A stretch of 64,000 bases of DNA from an uncultured Candidatus Binatia bacterium (GTDB lineage Bacteria > Desulfobacterota > Binatia > UBA9968 > JAJDTQ01), in contig OZ219754.1 in NCBI GenBank assembly GCA_964291295.2, positions 1,152,001-1,216,000 of the forward strand. The letters run 5' to 3'. The notes beneath the pieces are model-generated. The model saw nothing but the letters and a program-made list of their open reading frames with translations. It was not told the DNA's origin and ran no database searches. The translations under genes were made by a program, and so were the position numbers. Shown in pieces: positions 39,251 to 49,260 of this stretch; within the stretch, counting starts at the first letter, position 1; each line of letters opens with the position of its first letter.

Positions 39251-40482
39251 CGGGAACGGGGGACAGGGAGACAAGGGAGCGGGAAACAGAAGGCAGGAAC
39301 CTGGGATTGTCCCCGCCGCAGGTTCGACTGCGGCGGGAGTTGTCGGGCTGGGCGGAAGCCGAGTTGGGCGGGATCGACGCCGGCGCCGGCGACCCGGCGG
39401 CTTCGGCGGTGTTCCGGAAGCTCGCGGCGCGCGGCCTGTTCCGCTACGCGGCGCCGCGTGGCTTCGGCGGCGTGCGTACCCGCGTGCAAGTGCGGGATCT
39501 GTGCGTCATCCGCGAGAGCCTGGCGGGCGTGTCGCCGCTGGCGGATACGCTGTTCGCCGTGCAGGCACTCGCCGCCTATCCGCTGGTGCTGGCGGGAACC
39601 TCGAGCCAGCGGCGCGGGTATCTGCCGCGGCTGGCCGCGGGCCGGGACATGGGCGCGTTCGCCCTGACCGAGCCGGAAGCCGGGTCGGACCCGGCCGCCT
39701 TGAGGCTGCGGGCGCGCCGGCGGGGCGAGAGCTATGTGCTTGACGGCGTCAAGAGCCTCATCTCCAACGCCGGACTGGCGGATCTCTACGTGGTATTCGG
39801 CAGCACCCATCCGGCGCGCGGGGGAAAAGGGATCGGGGCGTTTCTGGTGGAGGCCTCCGCTCCGGGCGTCGCGGTCAGGGAGCGCCTCGCCCTGGTCTCG
39901 CCCCACCCCATCGGCACGGTGGTGTTCGAAGGCTGCCGTGTTCCCCGGAGCCAGCTTCTGGGAGATGCCGGGAGAGGGCTGGGGATCGCGCTGTCGTCGC
40001 TTCAGACACTTCGCTGCGGTGTCGGTGCGGCGGCGGTGGGAATGGCCGCCCGGGCGCTGGCGGAGGCGGTGGCCCATGCCCGGAGACGGAGCCAGTTCGG
40101 CCGTGCCCTGAGCAGCTTCCAGGCCACCCGCTTCAAGATCGCGGACATGGCCACGGAGCTCGAGGCGGCGCGCTTGCTGGTCTACCGGGCCGCCTGCGCC
40201 CACGACCGGGGCGAAGAGGGGCTGGCCCGAGCGTCATCCATGGCCAAGCTGTTCGCCACCGAGGCGGCCTGGCGCATCGTGGATCAGGCCTTGCAGATAC
40301 ACGGCGGCCGCGGACTGGTGGCCGGCAGCGTGACCGAGCGACTCTACCGGGACGTGCGGGCGCTGCGCATCTACGAGGGCACCTCGGAGATACAGAGACT
40401 GCTGATCGCGCGCGAGGTACTCGGCCGGCAGGGAAACGCGGGGACCTTTTCCAATGACTGGAAAGGATCCCCCGGGCGTTGA
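39247..40482 (+). CDS. Acyl-CoA dehydrogenase
   Basis: AFALTEPEAGSD, K..ISNAG, PHPIG, RSQFG, SMAKLFATE, LQIHGG, YRDVRALRIYEGTSEIQR. Confidence 0.93.
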   Translation: MTGTGDRETRERETEGRNLGLSPPQVRLRRELSGWAEAELGGIDAGAGDPAASAVFRKLAARGLFRYAAPRGFGGVRTRVQVRDLCVIRESLAGVSPLADTLFAVQALAAYPLVLAGTSSQRRGYLPRLAAGRDMGAFALTEPEAGSDPAALRLRARRRGESYVLDGVKSLISNAGLADLYVVFGSTHPARGGKGIGAFLVEASAPGVAVRERLALVSPHPIGTVVFEGCRVPRSQLLGDAGRGLGIALSSLQTLRCGVGAAAVGMAARALAEAVAHARRRSQFGRALSSFQATRFKIADMATELEAARLLVYRAACAHDRGEEGLARASSMAKLFATEAAWRIVDQALQIHGGRGLVAGSVTERLYRDVRALRIYEGTSEIQRLLIAREVLGRQGNAGTFSNDWKGSPGR

Positions 40483-40549
40483 TTGCGCGCGAGACAGTCG
40501 GCCGGCGGGAAAACAGACGCATCGTTATCGATTTCGCACCGGAGGACCC

Positions 40550-41710
40550 ATGGACTTCGATCTCTCGGATGAATTGCTCGCGGTCAGGCAGTTGGCCCGC
40601 GACTTCGCGGAGAAGGAGATCGCCCCGACGGCGGCGGCCGACGACCGCGGCCACCACTTTCGCCGGGAGATCTTCGAGCAGATGGGGCGGTTGGGCTTTT
40701 TCGGCTGCGTGGTCCCCGAAGCCTGCGGTGGCAACGGTCTCGGGTATCTGGCCCTGGTGCTGATCACGGAAGAGGTGGCGCGGGTGCACAGCTCGGTCCG
40801 GGTACACGTCAACACGCAGCTTGCGCCGGCGGTGACGCTGGCACGGTTCGGCACCGAGGAGCAGCAGGGTCGCTGGATACCGGGTCTGGTGGATGCCACG
40901 CGCATCGGCTGCTTCGCCATCACCGAGCCGGATTCGGGCTCCGACGTGGCGTCGATGTCCACGCGGGCCCAACGGACGGAGGGCGGCTACCTCCTCAGGG
41001 GCACCAAGACCTGGATCTCCAACGCGCCCATCGCCGACCTGGCGCTGGTCTACGCCGTCACCGACCCGGCCGCCGGCCACCGGGGCCTGTCCGCCTTCAT
41101 GGTGGCGCTGAACCAGCCGGGCGTTCGCCGCGCCACGCTGGACAAGATGGGGGTGCTGGCCTCTCCCACCGGCACGCTCGATTTCGACGACGTGGCGGTG
41201 CCCGCCGGGCACCGCATCGGAACCGAGGGTCAGGGCTTCGCCATGTGCATGTGGCAACTCAACCAGACCCGCCTGAGTTGCGCGGCCGGCGCTCTCGGGG
41301 TGGCCCGCGCGGCGCGCGAGGCGGCCTTGGCCTACGCCAGCCAGCGGCAACAGTTCGGCCAGCAGATCGGGCGTTTTCAGATGATACAGGACAGTCTGGC
41401 GCAGATGATCGTCGAGGAAGAGGCGGCGCGCCTGCTGGTGTACCGGGCGGCCTCGCTGGCTGACCGCCGGCGCCCCAACAACCTGGAGGTGTCCATGGCC
41501 AAGTATGCCGCCGCCGAGGCCGCCGCGCACGCCGCCGACAGCGCCTTCAAGATCCTGGGCGCCTATGGATACTCCACCGCGTTTCCGGTGGAGCGCTACC
41601 TCCGGGACGCAAAGTCCTATCAGATCGTGGAAGGCTCCTCGAACATCCACAAGCTGATCATCGCCCAGGATGCGCTGGGCTACCGGAAGGCGAATCGGCA
41701 GCGGGAGTAG
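40550..41710 (+). CDS. Acyl-CoA dehydrogenase, non-decarboxylating glutaryl-CoA dehydrogenase-like
   Basis: MDFDLS, FAITEPDSGSD, KTWISNA, LNQTRLS.AAG, ILGAYGYST, IVEGSSNI.K.IIA.D.LG.RKANR; GGAGG RBS. Confidence 0.85.
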   Translation: MDFDLSDELLAVRQLARDFAEKEIAPTAAADDRGHHFRREIFEQMGRLGFFGCVVPEACGGNGLGYLALVLITEEVARVHSSVRVHVNTQLAPAVTLARFGTEEQQGRWIPGLVDATRIGCFAITEPDSGSDVASMSTRAQRTEGGYLLRGTKTWISNAPIADLALVYAVTDPAAGHRGLSAFMVALNQPGVRRATLDKMGVLASPTGTLDFDDVAVPAGHRIGTEGQGFAMCMWQLNQTRLSCAAGALGVARAAREAALAYASQRQQFGQQIGRFQMIQDSLAQMIVEEEAARLLVYRAASLADRRRPNNLEVSMAKYAAAEAAAHAADSAFKILGAYGYSTAFPVERYLRDAKSYQIVEGSSNIHKLIIAQDALGYRKANRQRE

Positions 41711-41901
41711 AAAACCTTGCGGCACCGCACAAGGCGTCCGGGCGCGCGGGTGCCGTGCCGGTCTGTGCGCAAGTGTTTTTCTATGCGCCCGTTATGTATT
41801 ACTATCACTTCCACGTGCCTGGTTCCTTCCTCATGTATGCCATGGAGCGTCAGGCTGCATCCGGCGAATCCCGCTTCAGGTACCGACCACGCGGCGCTCC
41901 G

Positions 41902-44385
41902 ATGTTCCTGTGGCTCGCGTTGATCCTGGGTCCGCCCGGGTGCGCGGGGCTGTCTCCCGCCGCCGACAAGGGCCTCACGCCGCCGGCGGCAACCGATGTC
42001 CGGGAACAGCGCGTCACCAAGCGGGTCGTCAGCGGCGACACCCTGCCGCGGCTGCTGACGGACCTGAAGGTATCCGCACCTACCAGGAATCGCTGGCTCA
42101 AGGCCGTGGCGAAACAGGCCGGCGTGGCCAACGTCCTCAAGGCGGGGGACACCGTCAGCTTCCATTTCATCGCACCTTGGGGCGTGTCCGGTCCCGGCCA
42201 CCTTTCGGCCCTTCGCATCGAGCGCCCCGGCTCGAAGCCGTTGACCTGGCAGTTGCGCAAAGACCATATCGTCCACCACAAGGACCCGGAACTGTGGCCC
42301 ATGGTGTCCGTGGGCACCGCCCCGGCGGCCGGGTCCGGCGGACAGAAGCCGGTTGCGGGGAAGACCCTGGCGCGCAGGATGGCCAAGGCCCCCGCGGAAG
42401 CCTTGACCAGGGCCGCGCCCGCCCTCGTCAAGGTGACGCACGTGCTCCGGGAAGGGGAGAGCCTCAGCCTCGTGCTGCACGTCAGGGGGGTTGCCGGCAC
42501 GGCGGCCAAGCCGTGGATCGAGGCAGTCGGCAAACGGTACCCGCTGAGGCGGCTGTATCCGGGCCGGAAGATCGTGCTCTTTTTCTTACCGGTCTCCGGA
42601 GGCGGCGACCGGGGAACCCTGCGTGCCCTGCAGGTGGAATCAAGAGCCGGGGATCTCCTGACATGGCAGTGGAGCGGCGGGACGGTGGTGTACCGGGGCA
42701 GGAACCACCGGGTGGTGTTGGACGAGAGCGCGGCCGTTCCCGGTTCCGTACCGGCCAGGACTCCGGACGGCACGCCGCCCACTCCATCCGTCGAACCTCT
42801 GGAGAAGGTCATACATACCGTGGCCACGGGCCAGACCCTGGGCGGTATCCTGAGACCCCTGGGCGTCGCCGGCAAGGAAGGCGAGGCGTGGTTCGCCGCC
42901 ATCGACAAGCAGTACCCGGTCACCCGACTCAAGACGGGCCAGCGTCTCCATCTTTATTTCGAGGAGGCTCCCGCCAGACATCGCCGGGACAACCTGAGGG
43001 CGGTGCAGTTCGAGGTGGCGAAAGGCCGAAGTCTCAACTGGGAGCGGGTGAGGGGGAAGGTCCGTTTCAGGGGACGCGGTGCCGCCGGGCGCGGGCGGGC
43101 CGCCGGCCAGGGAGCCGCGGCGCGATCCAACGGCGCTTCGCGCGTATCGGATGACAGCTTCCTTTCCGAGTACGCGCTGGCCCGCATCAGGCAACGGAAC
43201 GGGTTGCTGGAATACACCCCGCCGCCGTACAGTTCAACGAACGGCAAACGGCCGGGGCCGTCGCTCGAGAGCGCCGAGCGCGTGACCCACAGGCTCAAGT
43301 CCGGAGAGCACCTCTGGGGTGTGCTCCGGAAGTATGAGTTGAACGAGCGGGAACGGCACCGGTGGCTTGCCGCGCTCATCCCGCACGATTACGTGCGCCG
43401 GCTCCAGGCCGGCAGCCGTATCCATTTCTTCTTCGAGCGACCCGCCAACGGCGCCGGGAACCTCAAGGCGCTGGAAGTGGTGCTGCGCTCGGACCTGCGG
43501 CTCACCTGGTACCGCAACGTCGAGGGCATCCGGTTCTACAAGGACGAGGTGCCCTACCAGCAGGAAGTACGTTCCCTGAGCGGGGTGATCACGGCCGGGT
43601 CGCTCTACGACAACGCCCGGAGCGCTGGGGTGGACCCTGCGGTGATTTCCCGCATGGTGGATGTCTTCGCCTGGGACATCGACTTTCAGAGCGACTTGCG
43701 CCCCGGTGACACCTACCGGGTACTCTACCGCAGGAAGTTCCGCCCCGGCAGCAGGGCGTCCGACCAGATCCGGATCCTGGCCGCAGAGTTCGTGAACCGC
43801 GGGCGCATGTACACGGCGGTCTACTTCGAGAGCGACGACGGGGAGGGTCACTACTACAATGCGCAGGGCCGCTCGGTGTCGCGGTCGTTTCTGCGCTATC
43901 CCGTCGACTTCAGGCGTATCAGTTCACGGTTTTCGCGGAGTCGCTTCCATCCGGTCCTGAGGGTGCGGCGCCCGCACTACGGCGTGGATTTCGCGGCGCG
44001 GACGGGCACGCCGGTAAGGGCCGTGGGGGACGGGCGCATCATCGGCGTGGGGTGGAAAGGGGGCTACGGGCGGTTGGTGGAGATCAGCCACGGAAGCGCG
44101 ATGGAGACCCGGTATGCGCATCTGAGCCGGTACGGCCCCGGGGTCCGGCGCGGCGTGTTCGTGAAGAAGGGTCAGACCATCGGATATGTCGGCTGCTCCG
44201 GGCTTTGCACCGGTCCGCACCTCCACTTCGAGATATGGCAGGACAATCGCTACGTGGACCCCTTGCGCGCCCACATCCCGGTCGAACGTCAACTCGCCCC
44301 CCTGTTGATGAACCTCTTCGAGGACACCCGGAAGTTGTTCTTCAAGCGACTGGAGGCGGATGGCAAGGCTGCGGCGCCTTCATGA
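41902..44385 (+). CDS. M23-family (MepM-like) peptidoglycan endopeptidase with four repeated N-terminal LysM/OapA-like modules
   Basis: FAWDIDF..DLR.GD, RISS.F...RFHPVL, HYGVD (HxxxD), YAHLS, TGPHLHFE. The start is uncertain (alternative ATGs at 41833/41842). Confidence 0.88.
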   Translation: MFLWLALILGPPGCAGLSPAADKGLTPPAATDVREQRVTKRVVSGDTLPRLLTDLKVSAPTRNRWLKAVAKQAGVANVLKAGDTVSFHFIAPWGVSGPGHLSALRIERPGSKPLTWQLRKDHIVHHKDPELWPMVSVGTAPAAGSGGQKPVAGKTLARRMAKAPAEALTRAAPALVKVTHVLREGESLSLVLHVRGVAGTAAKPWIEAVGKRYPLRRLYPGRKIVLFFLPVSGGGDRGTLRALQVESRAGDLLTWQWSGGTVVYRGRNHRVVLDESAAVPGSVPARTPDGTPPTPSVEPLEKVIHTVATGQTLGGILRPLGVAGKEGEAWFAAIDKQYPVTRLKTGQRLHLYFEEAPARHRRDNLRAVQFEVAKGRSLNWERVRGKVRFRGRGAAGRGRAAGQGAAARSNGASRVSDDSFLSEYALARIRQRNGLLEYTPPPYSSTNGKRPGPSLESAERVTHRLKSGEHLWGVLRKYELNERERHRWLAALIPHDYVRRLQAGSRIHFFFERPANGAGNLKALEVVLRSDLRLTWYRNVEGIRFYKDEVPYQQEVRSLSGVITAGSLYDNARSAGVDPAVISRMVDVFAWDIDFQSDLRPGDTYRVLYRRKFRPGSRASDQIRILAAEFVNRGRMYTAVYFESDDGEGHYYNAQGRSVSRSFLRYPVDFRRISSRFSRSRFHPVLRVRRPHYGVDFAARTGTPVRAVGDGRIIGVGWKGGYGRLVEISHGSAMETRYAHLSRYGPGVRRGVFVKKGQTIGYVGCSGLCTGPHLHFEIWQDNRYVDPLRAHIPVERQLAPLLMNLFEDTRKLFFKRLEADGKAAAPS

Positions 44386-44681
44386 ACCGGACTGCCAAGG
44401 AAGGGCTGAACAAGGCGACGGCGCGGCATCAAGTCGCTCACGACCTGTCCCTTCCTCCATTGGTGCAGCCCCGGCGAATCCCGAATGGTTCAATATCCCG
44501 TCATGAGCCTGTCTGCCCGTGTGGGGCAGTAGCTGTCCAGGGATATTGTCGTATTTCAATGGAATAAAGGCTTGCCCGGCAGACACCGGGAAGCAGGGCG
44601 TCTCGAATCACTGATTCGGCTGGAAGGCGGGGCGCTCGAAACCCTTGCTCTCCTCAGCTCTGCCTTGACTTCGATACTTGC

Positions 44682-44784
44682 GGTTGCGGCCGCCCCTCGG
44701 GAAAGGAGCGGCCGCATGATCACCAAGCCCCAGCCCGGGCCGCAGGAGGTTGCGGCCGCCCCTCGGGAGAGGAGCGGCCGCATG
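44682..44784. repeat. Two 37-bp palindromic direct repeats separated by 29 bp (REP-like or duplicated terminator hairpin)
   Basis: GGTTGCGGCCGCCCCTCGGGARAGGAGCGGCCGCATG at 44682-44718 and 44748-44784 (1 mismatch); each has a TGCGGCCGC/GCGGCCGCA stem; located between convergent genes. Confidence 0.8.
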
Positions 44785-44798
44785 GCCGGTCGGCTCGG

Positions 44799-47018
44799 TC
44801 AGCCAATCAGGAGATCGTTGTACTCGTCCACCGTCACGAAGGCGAAATTGTCGATGGACAGTTGGTCGAACGCCACGCCCTTGAGGAGGATCTCGTTGTC
44901 GAGCTTGTTCGACGTGATCCTGACGCCGCCCGCATCCGGGTCATCCACGATCTTCAGGCCGGAAGCATCCAGGAACTTCTCCCCGTTTCCGGCCATCGCC
45001 TGCGCCTCGGTCTGCGCCAGGAAGATGATCGTGTCGTTGTCCTCGACCGAGAAGTCGGTGATGACATCGACGCCGTCGCCCGCGCGGAAGAGGAACTCGT
45101 CGGCGCCCTCGCCGCCACGCAGACGGTCGGAGCCCTCGCCGCCCTCCAGACGGTCGTTGCCGCCGTCGCCGAACAGCCGGTCGTCGCCCGCGCCGCCGGC
45201 CAGCACATCGAGAACGCCCTCGCCGCCTTCCAGCCGGTCATTGCCGTCCCCGCCGTCCAGCTTGTCGCTGCCGGCGCCGCCATACAGCATGTCGTGGCCA
45301 TTGCCGCCATTGAGTATGTCGTCGCCCTCTTCGCCATACAGCCGGTCGGCGCTGTTCCCGCCGTTGAGCGTGTCGCCGCCGGCGCCGCCGTGGAGGATGT
45401 CGTTGTTGCTATCCCCGAACAGCGAGTCACTGCCGCTGCCGCCATACAGCGTGTCCTTGCCATTGCCGCCATACAGCGTGTCGTCGCCGCCGCGCCCGTA
45501 GAGCACATCAAACGCATCCAGACCCTTGATGGTGTCGTTGCCGCTGCCGCCGATGAGCAGATCCTTCTTGTTCGTGCCCTTGATCGTCTTCCCGGCCTTC
45601 GGGTCCGGCAGTTCCTCGTTCGGATCGAAGTCCCAGATGAACTCGACCTTCGACAGGTCTTCCGCGTCGAGACCCTGGAACGCGGCAAGCTGCTTCTTCG
45701 ACTCCCCTGTACCGGTGACGAGGAAGTGCACCGCCTCGCCTTCGATGCCCCACCGCGGGGCGTCGAGGGTGCCCGCCTCGAACCGCACATCGGCCCATGC
45801 GAGACCGAGCGGCAGCCGGACATAGTCCTCAGCCACATTGAAGTCCGCGATGATGTCGGGAGCCTCGTCGGTCGTGCTGATGACGAAGATGTCCCGGCCA
45901 CTGTCGCCCCAGAGCTTGTCCTGGCCCGCACCGCCGTCGAGACGGTCGTGGCCATGGCCGCCGTAGAGATGGTCCTCGCCGGCGCCGCCGTAGAGCAGAT
46001 CGTTGCCGCCAGCGCCAACAAGCGCGTCTCTGTCCGCACCGCCGTAAAGCGTGTCGTTGCCGCGACCACCAATCAGCGTGTCGTAACCGTCCCCGCCGCG
46101 GAGAATGTCGTTGCCGTGGCCGCCATCCATATGATCACCGCCCGCGCCGCCGTCGAGCCGGTCATCGCCGCCAAAGCCTTCAATCTGGTCTTCCCAGGCG
46201 GTGCCCGAAAGGTTATCGCCCGCCTGCGTACCGTGGACCCACTCCCCGCGCTGCGTCGAGAGGCTCTGGCCGATCCAGTCGATCGCCCCATCGACGGCAT
46301 GCGGATCCTCGGGATCGACATCCACCCCGTAGTTGAGTTCGGCGAGCACCTTGTCGCCCAGCATGATCCGGAAGTGGGCATTCCCGTAGACGCCATCGGG
46401 GTGGTGAACGATCGTGGGCCTCGGTCCGTCCCCGAGACCGGTCACAATGATGGAGTCCCTGGTGTTGTTCGATCCCCACGGACGCTCGTAGTCCTCAATG
46501 TAGACGTAGCTGTCGGGGCTCAGGATGAATTTGTCCAACCCCGCGCCGCCATTGAGGATGTTTCCCCGCGGGTTTTCGACCTCCTGGTCGCTCTGCGGAC
46601 CCCTGCCCCTCGTCGTGCCGGTGAGCGCGCCGGTGCCGTCGTCCACCCGGCTGCTGTCCTTGACCCGGCCTGCAATCAGGTAGTCGGCGTCGGCGCCGCC
46701 GTAGAGACGGTCGGAGAACGCGTCCTCCCGGTTCCCGACCAGGGTGTCGCTGCCCCGGCCGCCATGGAGGACATTCATGCCGTAGCCGCCTTCGAGATAG
46801 TCTTGCCCCTCGCCGCCTTTCGCAAGGCTGCCGCCGCCGGCATCCTTGAAGTAGTCGTCGCCCCAGTTCCCCTGGAAGACGTCGTGGCCCTGCCCGCCAA
46901 GGACGTGCATCGAGCCGTAGTGACCCTCCGCGCGCGAGATGTGGTTCACCCCGGTAGTGCGGGACAGATCCAGCGTCTCCTCGCTGTCAACAAAATATTC
47001 CGTGGGTTTTTTCACCAT
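44799..47018 (-). CDS. RTX (hemolysin-type Ca-binding GGxGxD repeat) secreted protein
   Basis: Three blocks of GGxGxDxLx nonapeptides, D.I.DF caps, no Sec signal, C-terminal ...SIDNFAFV; AAGGAG RBS. Confidence 0.92.
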   Translation of the reverse strand: MVKKPTEYFVDSEETLDLSRTTGVNHISRAEGHYGSMHVLGGQGHDVFQGNWGDDYFKDAGGGSLAKGGEGQDYLEGGYGMNVLHGGRGSDTLVGNREDAFSDRLYGGADADYLIAGRVKDSSRVDDGTGALTGTTRGRGPQSDQEVENPRGNILNGGAGLDKFILSPDSYVYIEDYERPWGSNNTRDSIIVTGLGDGPRPTIVHHPDGVYGNAHFRIMLGDKVLAELNYGVDVDPEDPHAVDGAIDWIGQSLSTQRGEWVHGTQAGDNLSGTAWEDQIEGFGGDDRLDGGAGGDHMDGGHGNDILRGGDGYDTLIGGRGNDTLYGGADRDALVGAGGNDLLYGGAGEDHLYGGHGHDRLDGGAGQDKLWGDSGRDIFVISTTDEAPDIIADFNVAEDYVRLPLGLAWADVRFEAGTLDAPRWGIEGEAVHFLVTGTGESKKQLAAFQGLDAEDLSKVEFIWDFDPNEELPDPKAGKTIKGTNKKDLLIGGSGNDTIKGLDAFDVLYGRGGDDTLYGGNGKDTLYGGSGSDSLFGDSNNDILHGGAGGDTLNGGNSADRLYGEEGDDILNGGNGHDMLYGGAGSDKLDGGDGNDRLEGGEGVLDVLAGGAGDDRLFGDGGNDRLEGGEGSDRLRGGEGADEFLFRAGDGVDVITDFSVEDNDTIIFLAQTEAQAMAGNGEKFLDASGLKIVDDPDAGGVRITSNKLDNEILLKGVAFDQLSIDNFAFVTVDEYNDLLIG

Positions 47019-47209
47019 GTCTGGTACCTGTCTCCTTTGTTCAGAACGACAATTCAGAACGACAATATTCCGGCCAGTATAGCAGCAGGGGCAACTATAG
47101 CAACCCGATACCGGCTTTTTCGAGAGGGGCGCGGCCTCTTGCGGACTTTCATGGGCGGGGCGGATGATGCTGCGCTTCGCTCATCTTGCCGACCGCGATG
47201 TGGTGTCGG

Positions 47210-47279
47210 GATAGCTTGCAGGGAGGGTGTCGCGTATACCAGGAGATAGCTTGCAGGGAGGGTGTCGCGTATACCAGGA
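47210..47279. repeat. Perfect 35-bp tandem duplication
   Basis: GATAGCTTGCAGGGAGGGTGTCGCGTATACCAGGA x2, followed by AGAAGGATGGTTTG x2 (47283-47310). Confidence 0.9.
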
Positions 47280-47456
47280 AGAAGAAGGATGGTTTGAGAA
47301 GGATGGTTTGGATGCCGACGAGGTACCGTTCCCGTGACCCGAAGCGACCGCTGTGGTTGCCGCCGAGCCCTGAAGATATCCCCACCGAACTCGAGGTTGT
47401 ACAAAAATTCCCTGGAGAAATCTTCCCGGCTGCCGAAGGAGAGTGGTTGCAAGGCG

Positions 47457-48017
47457 GTGCCGACCTTGCGCGCTTTTGTCGGCGTCCGGCCAGGCGCGGC
47501 CGTGGCGGCGCGGCTTCGCGGCGTCCGTGACGATTTCGGCGTCGGAGCGGTTCGCTGGATCCCGGAGGAGAACCTCCATCTGACCCTGAAGTTCCTGGGC
47601 GACGTCGAAGAGGCCCGGGTTGGTCCCATGTGCGCGGCCTTGCGGGAGGCGCTGGCGGGCAATGGCGCGTTCTCCGCCGCAGCGAAGGGCTTGGGGGTCT
47701 TTCCGGATCCCCGGCGTCCGCGGGTGCTCTGGGCCGGCCTGAAGGCCCCGGAGTTGGCGCAGGTGGTGGAGCGGGTGGAGGGGGCGCTGGAGCCTTTCGG
47801 CGTGGCCCGGGCGGTTGCGCGGTTCCGGCCGCATCTGACCATCGGGCGCTGGCGGCAGCCGGAAACCCGGCTTGCCGGCCTTCGGGAAGCTTTGGCCCGT
47901 TGGCGGGACCGGGAGTTCGGCGAGTTCGGAGTGGAGTCGGTGACCCTTTTCCGGAGCACGCAGCGGCCGTCCGGGGCGGTGTACGATCCCCTGGAGGTCT
48001 TTCCTCTGGTATCATAG
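47457..48017 (+). CDS. thpR: RNA 2',3'-cyclic phosphodiesterase (LigT-like 2H phosphoesterase)
   Basis: [20 protein letters not shown]...[20 protein letters not shown]; upstream of recA as usual. Start approximate. Confidence 0.92.
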   Translation: MPTLRAFVGVRPGAAVAARLRGVRDDFGVGAVRWIPEENLHLTLKFLGDVEEARVGPMCAALREALAGNGAFSAAAKGLGVFPDPRRPRVLWAGLKAPELAQVVERVEGALEPFGVARAVARFRPHLTIGRWRQPETRLAGLREALARWRDREFGEFGVESVTLFRSTQRPSGAVYDPLEVFPLVS

Positions 48018-48048
48018 ATATCGACTGCAATCTTCCAAGGAGAATCCC

Positions 48049-49080
<1,032 letters not shown>

Positions 49081-49260
49081 CCGGCGGAGGCCACCGGTCC
49101 GGGGCGGCGGCGTTGCCCGGCATTCTCTTTTCCGGACCGCCGTCGCCTTTACCTTGATCACCAGCGGGCGCGCCGGCCGGCTCCGGCGCGGCCCCATCCA
49201 CCGGCGCGCATCCGGAGGCCGCGCGACAGCCGGTTTCGGCATCCGACAGGACATGCCGCC

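Noticed and set aside
44682-44784. Annotation as a bona fide CRISPR array
   Set aside because: Only two repeats, no leader or cas genes and no typical repeat terminus; kept as a repeat.
48018-48048. LexA/SOS box before recA
   Set aside because: No recognisable palindromic or direct-repeat SOS motif in the 31-bp gap.
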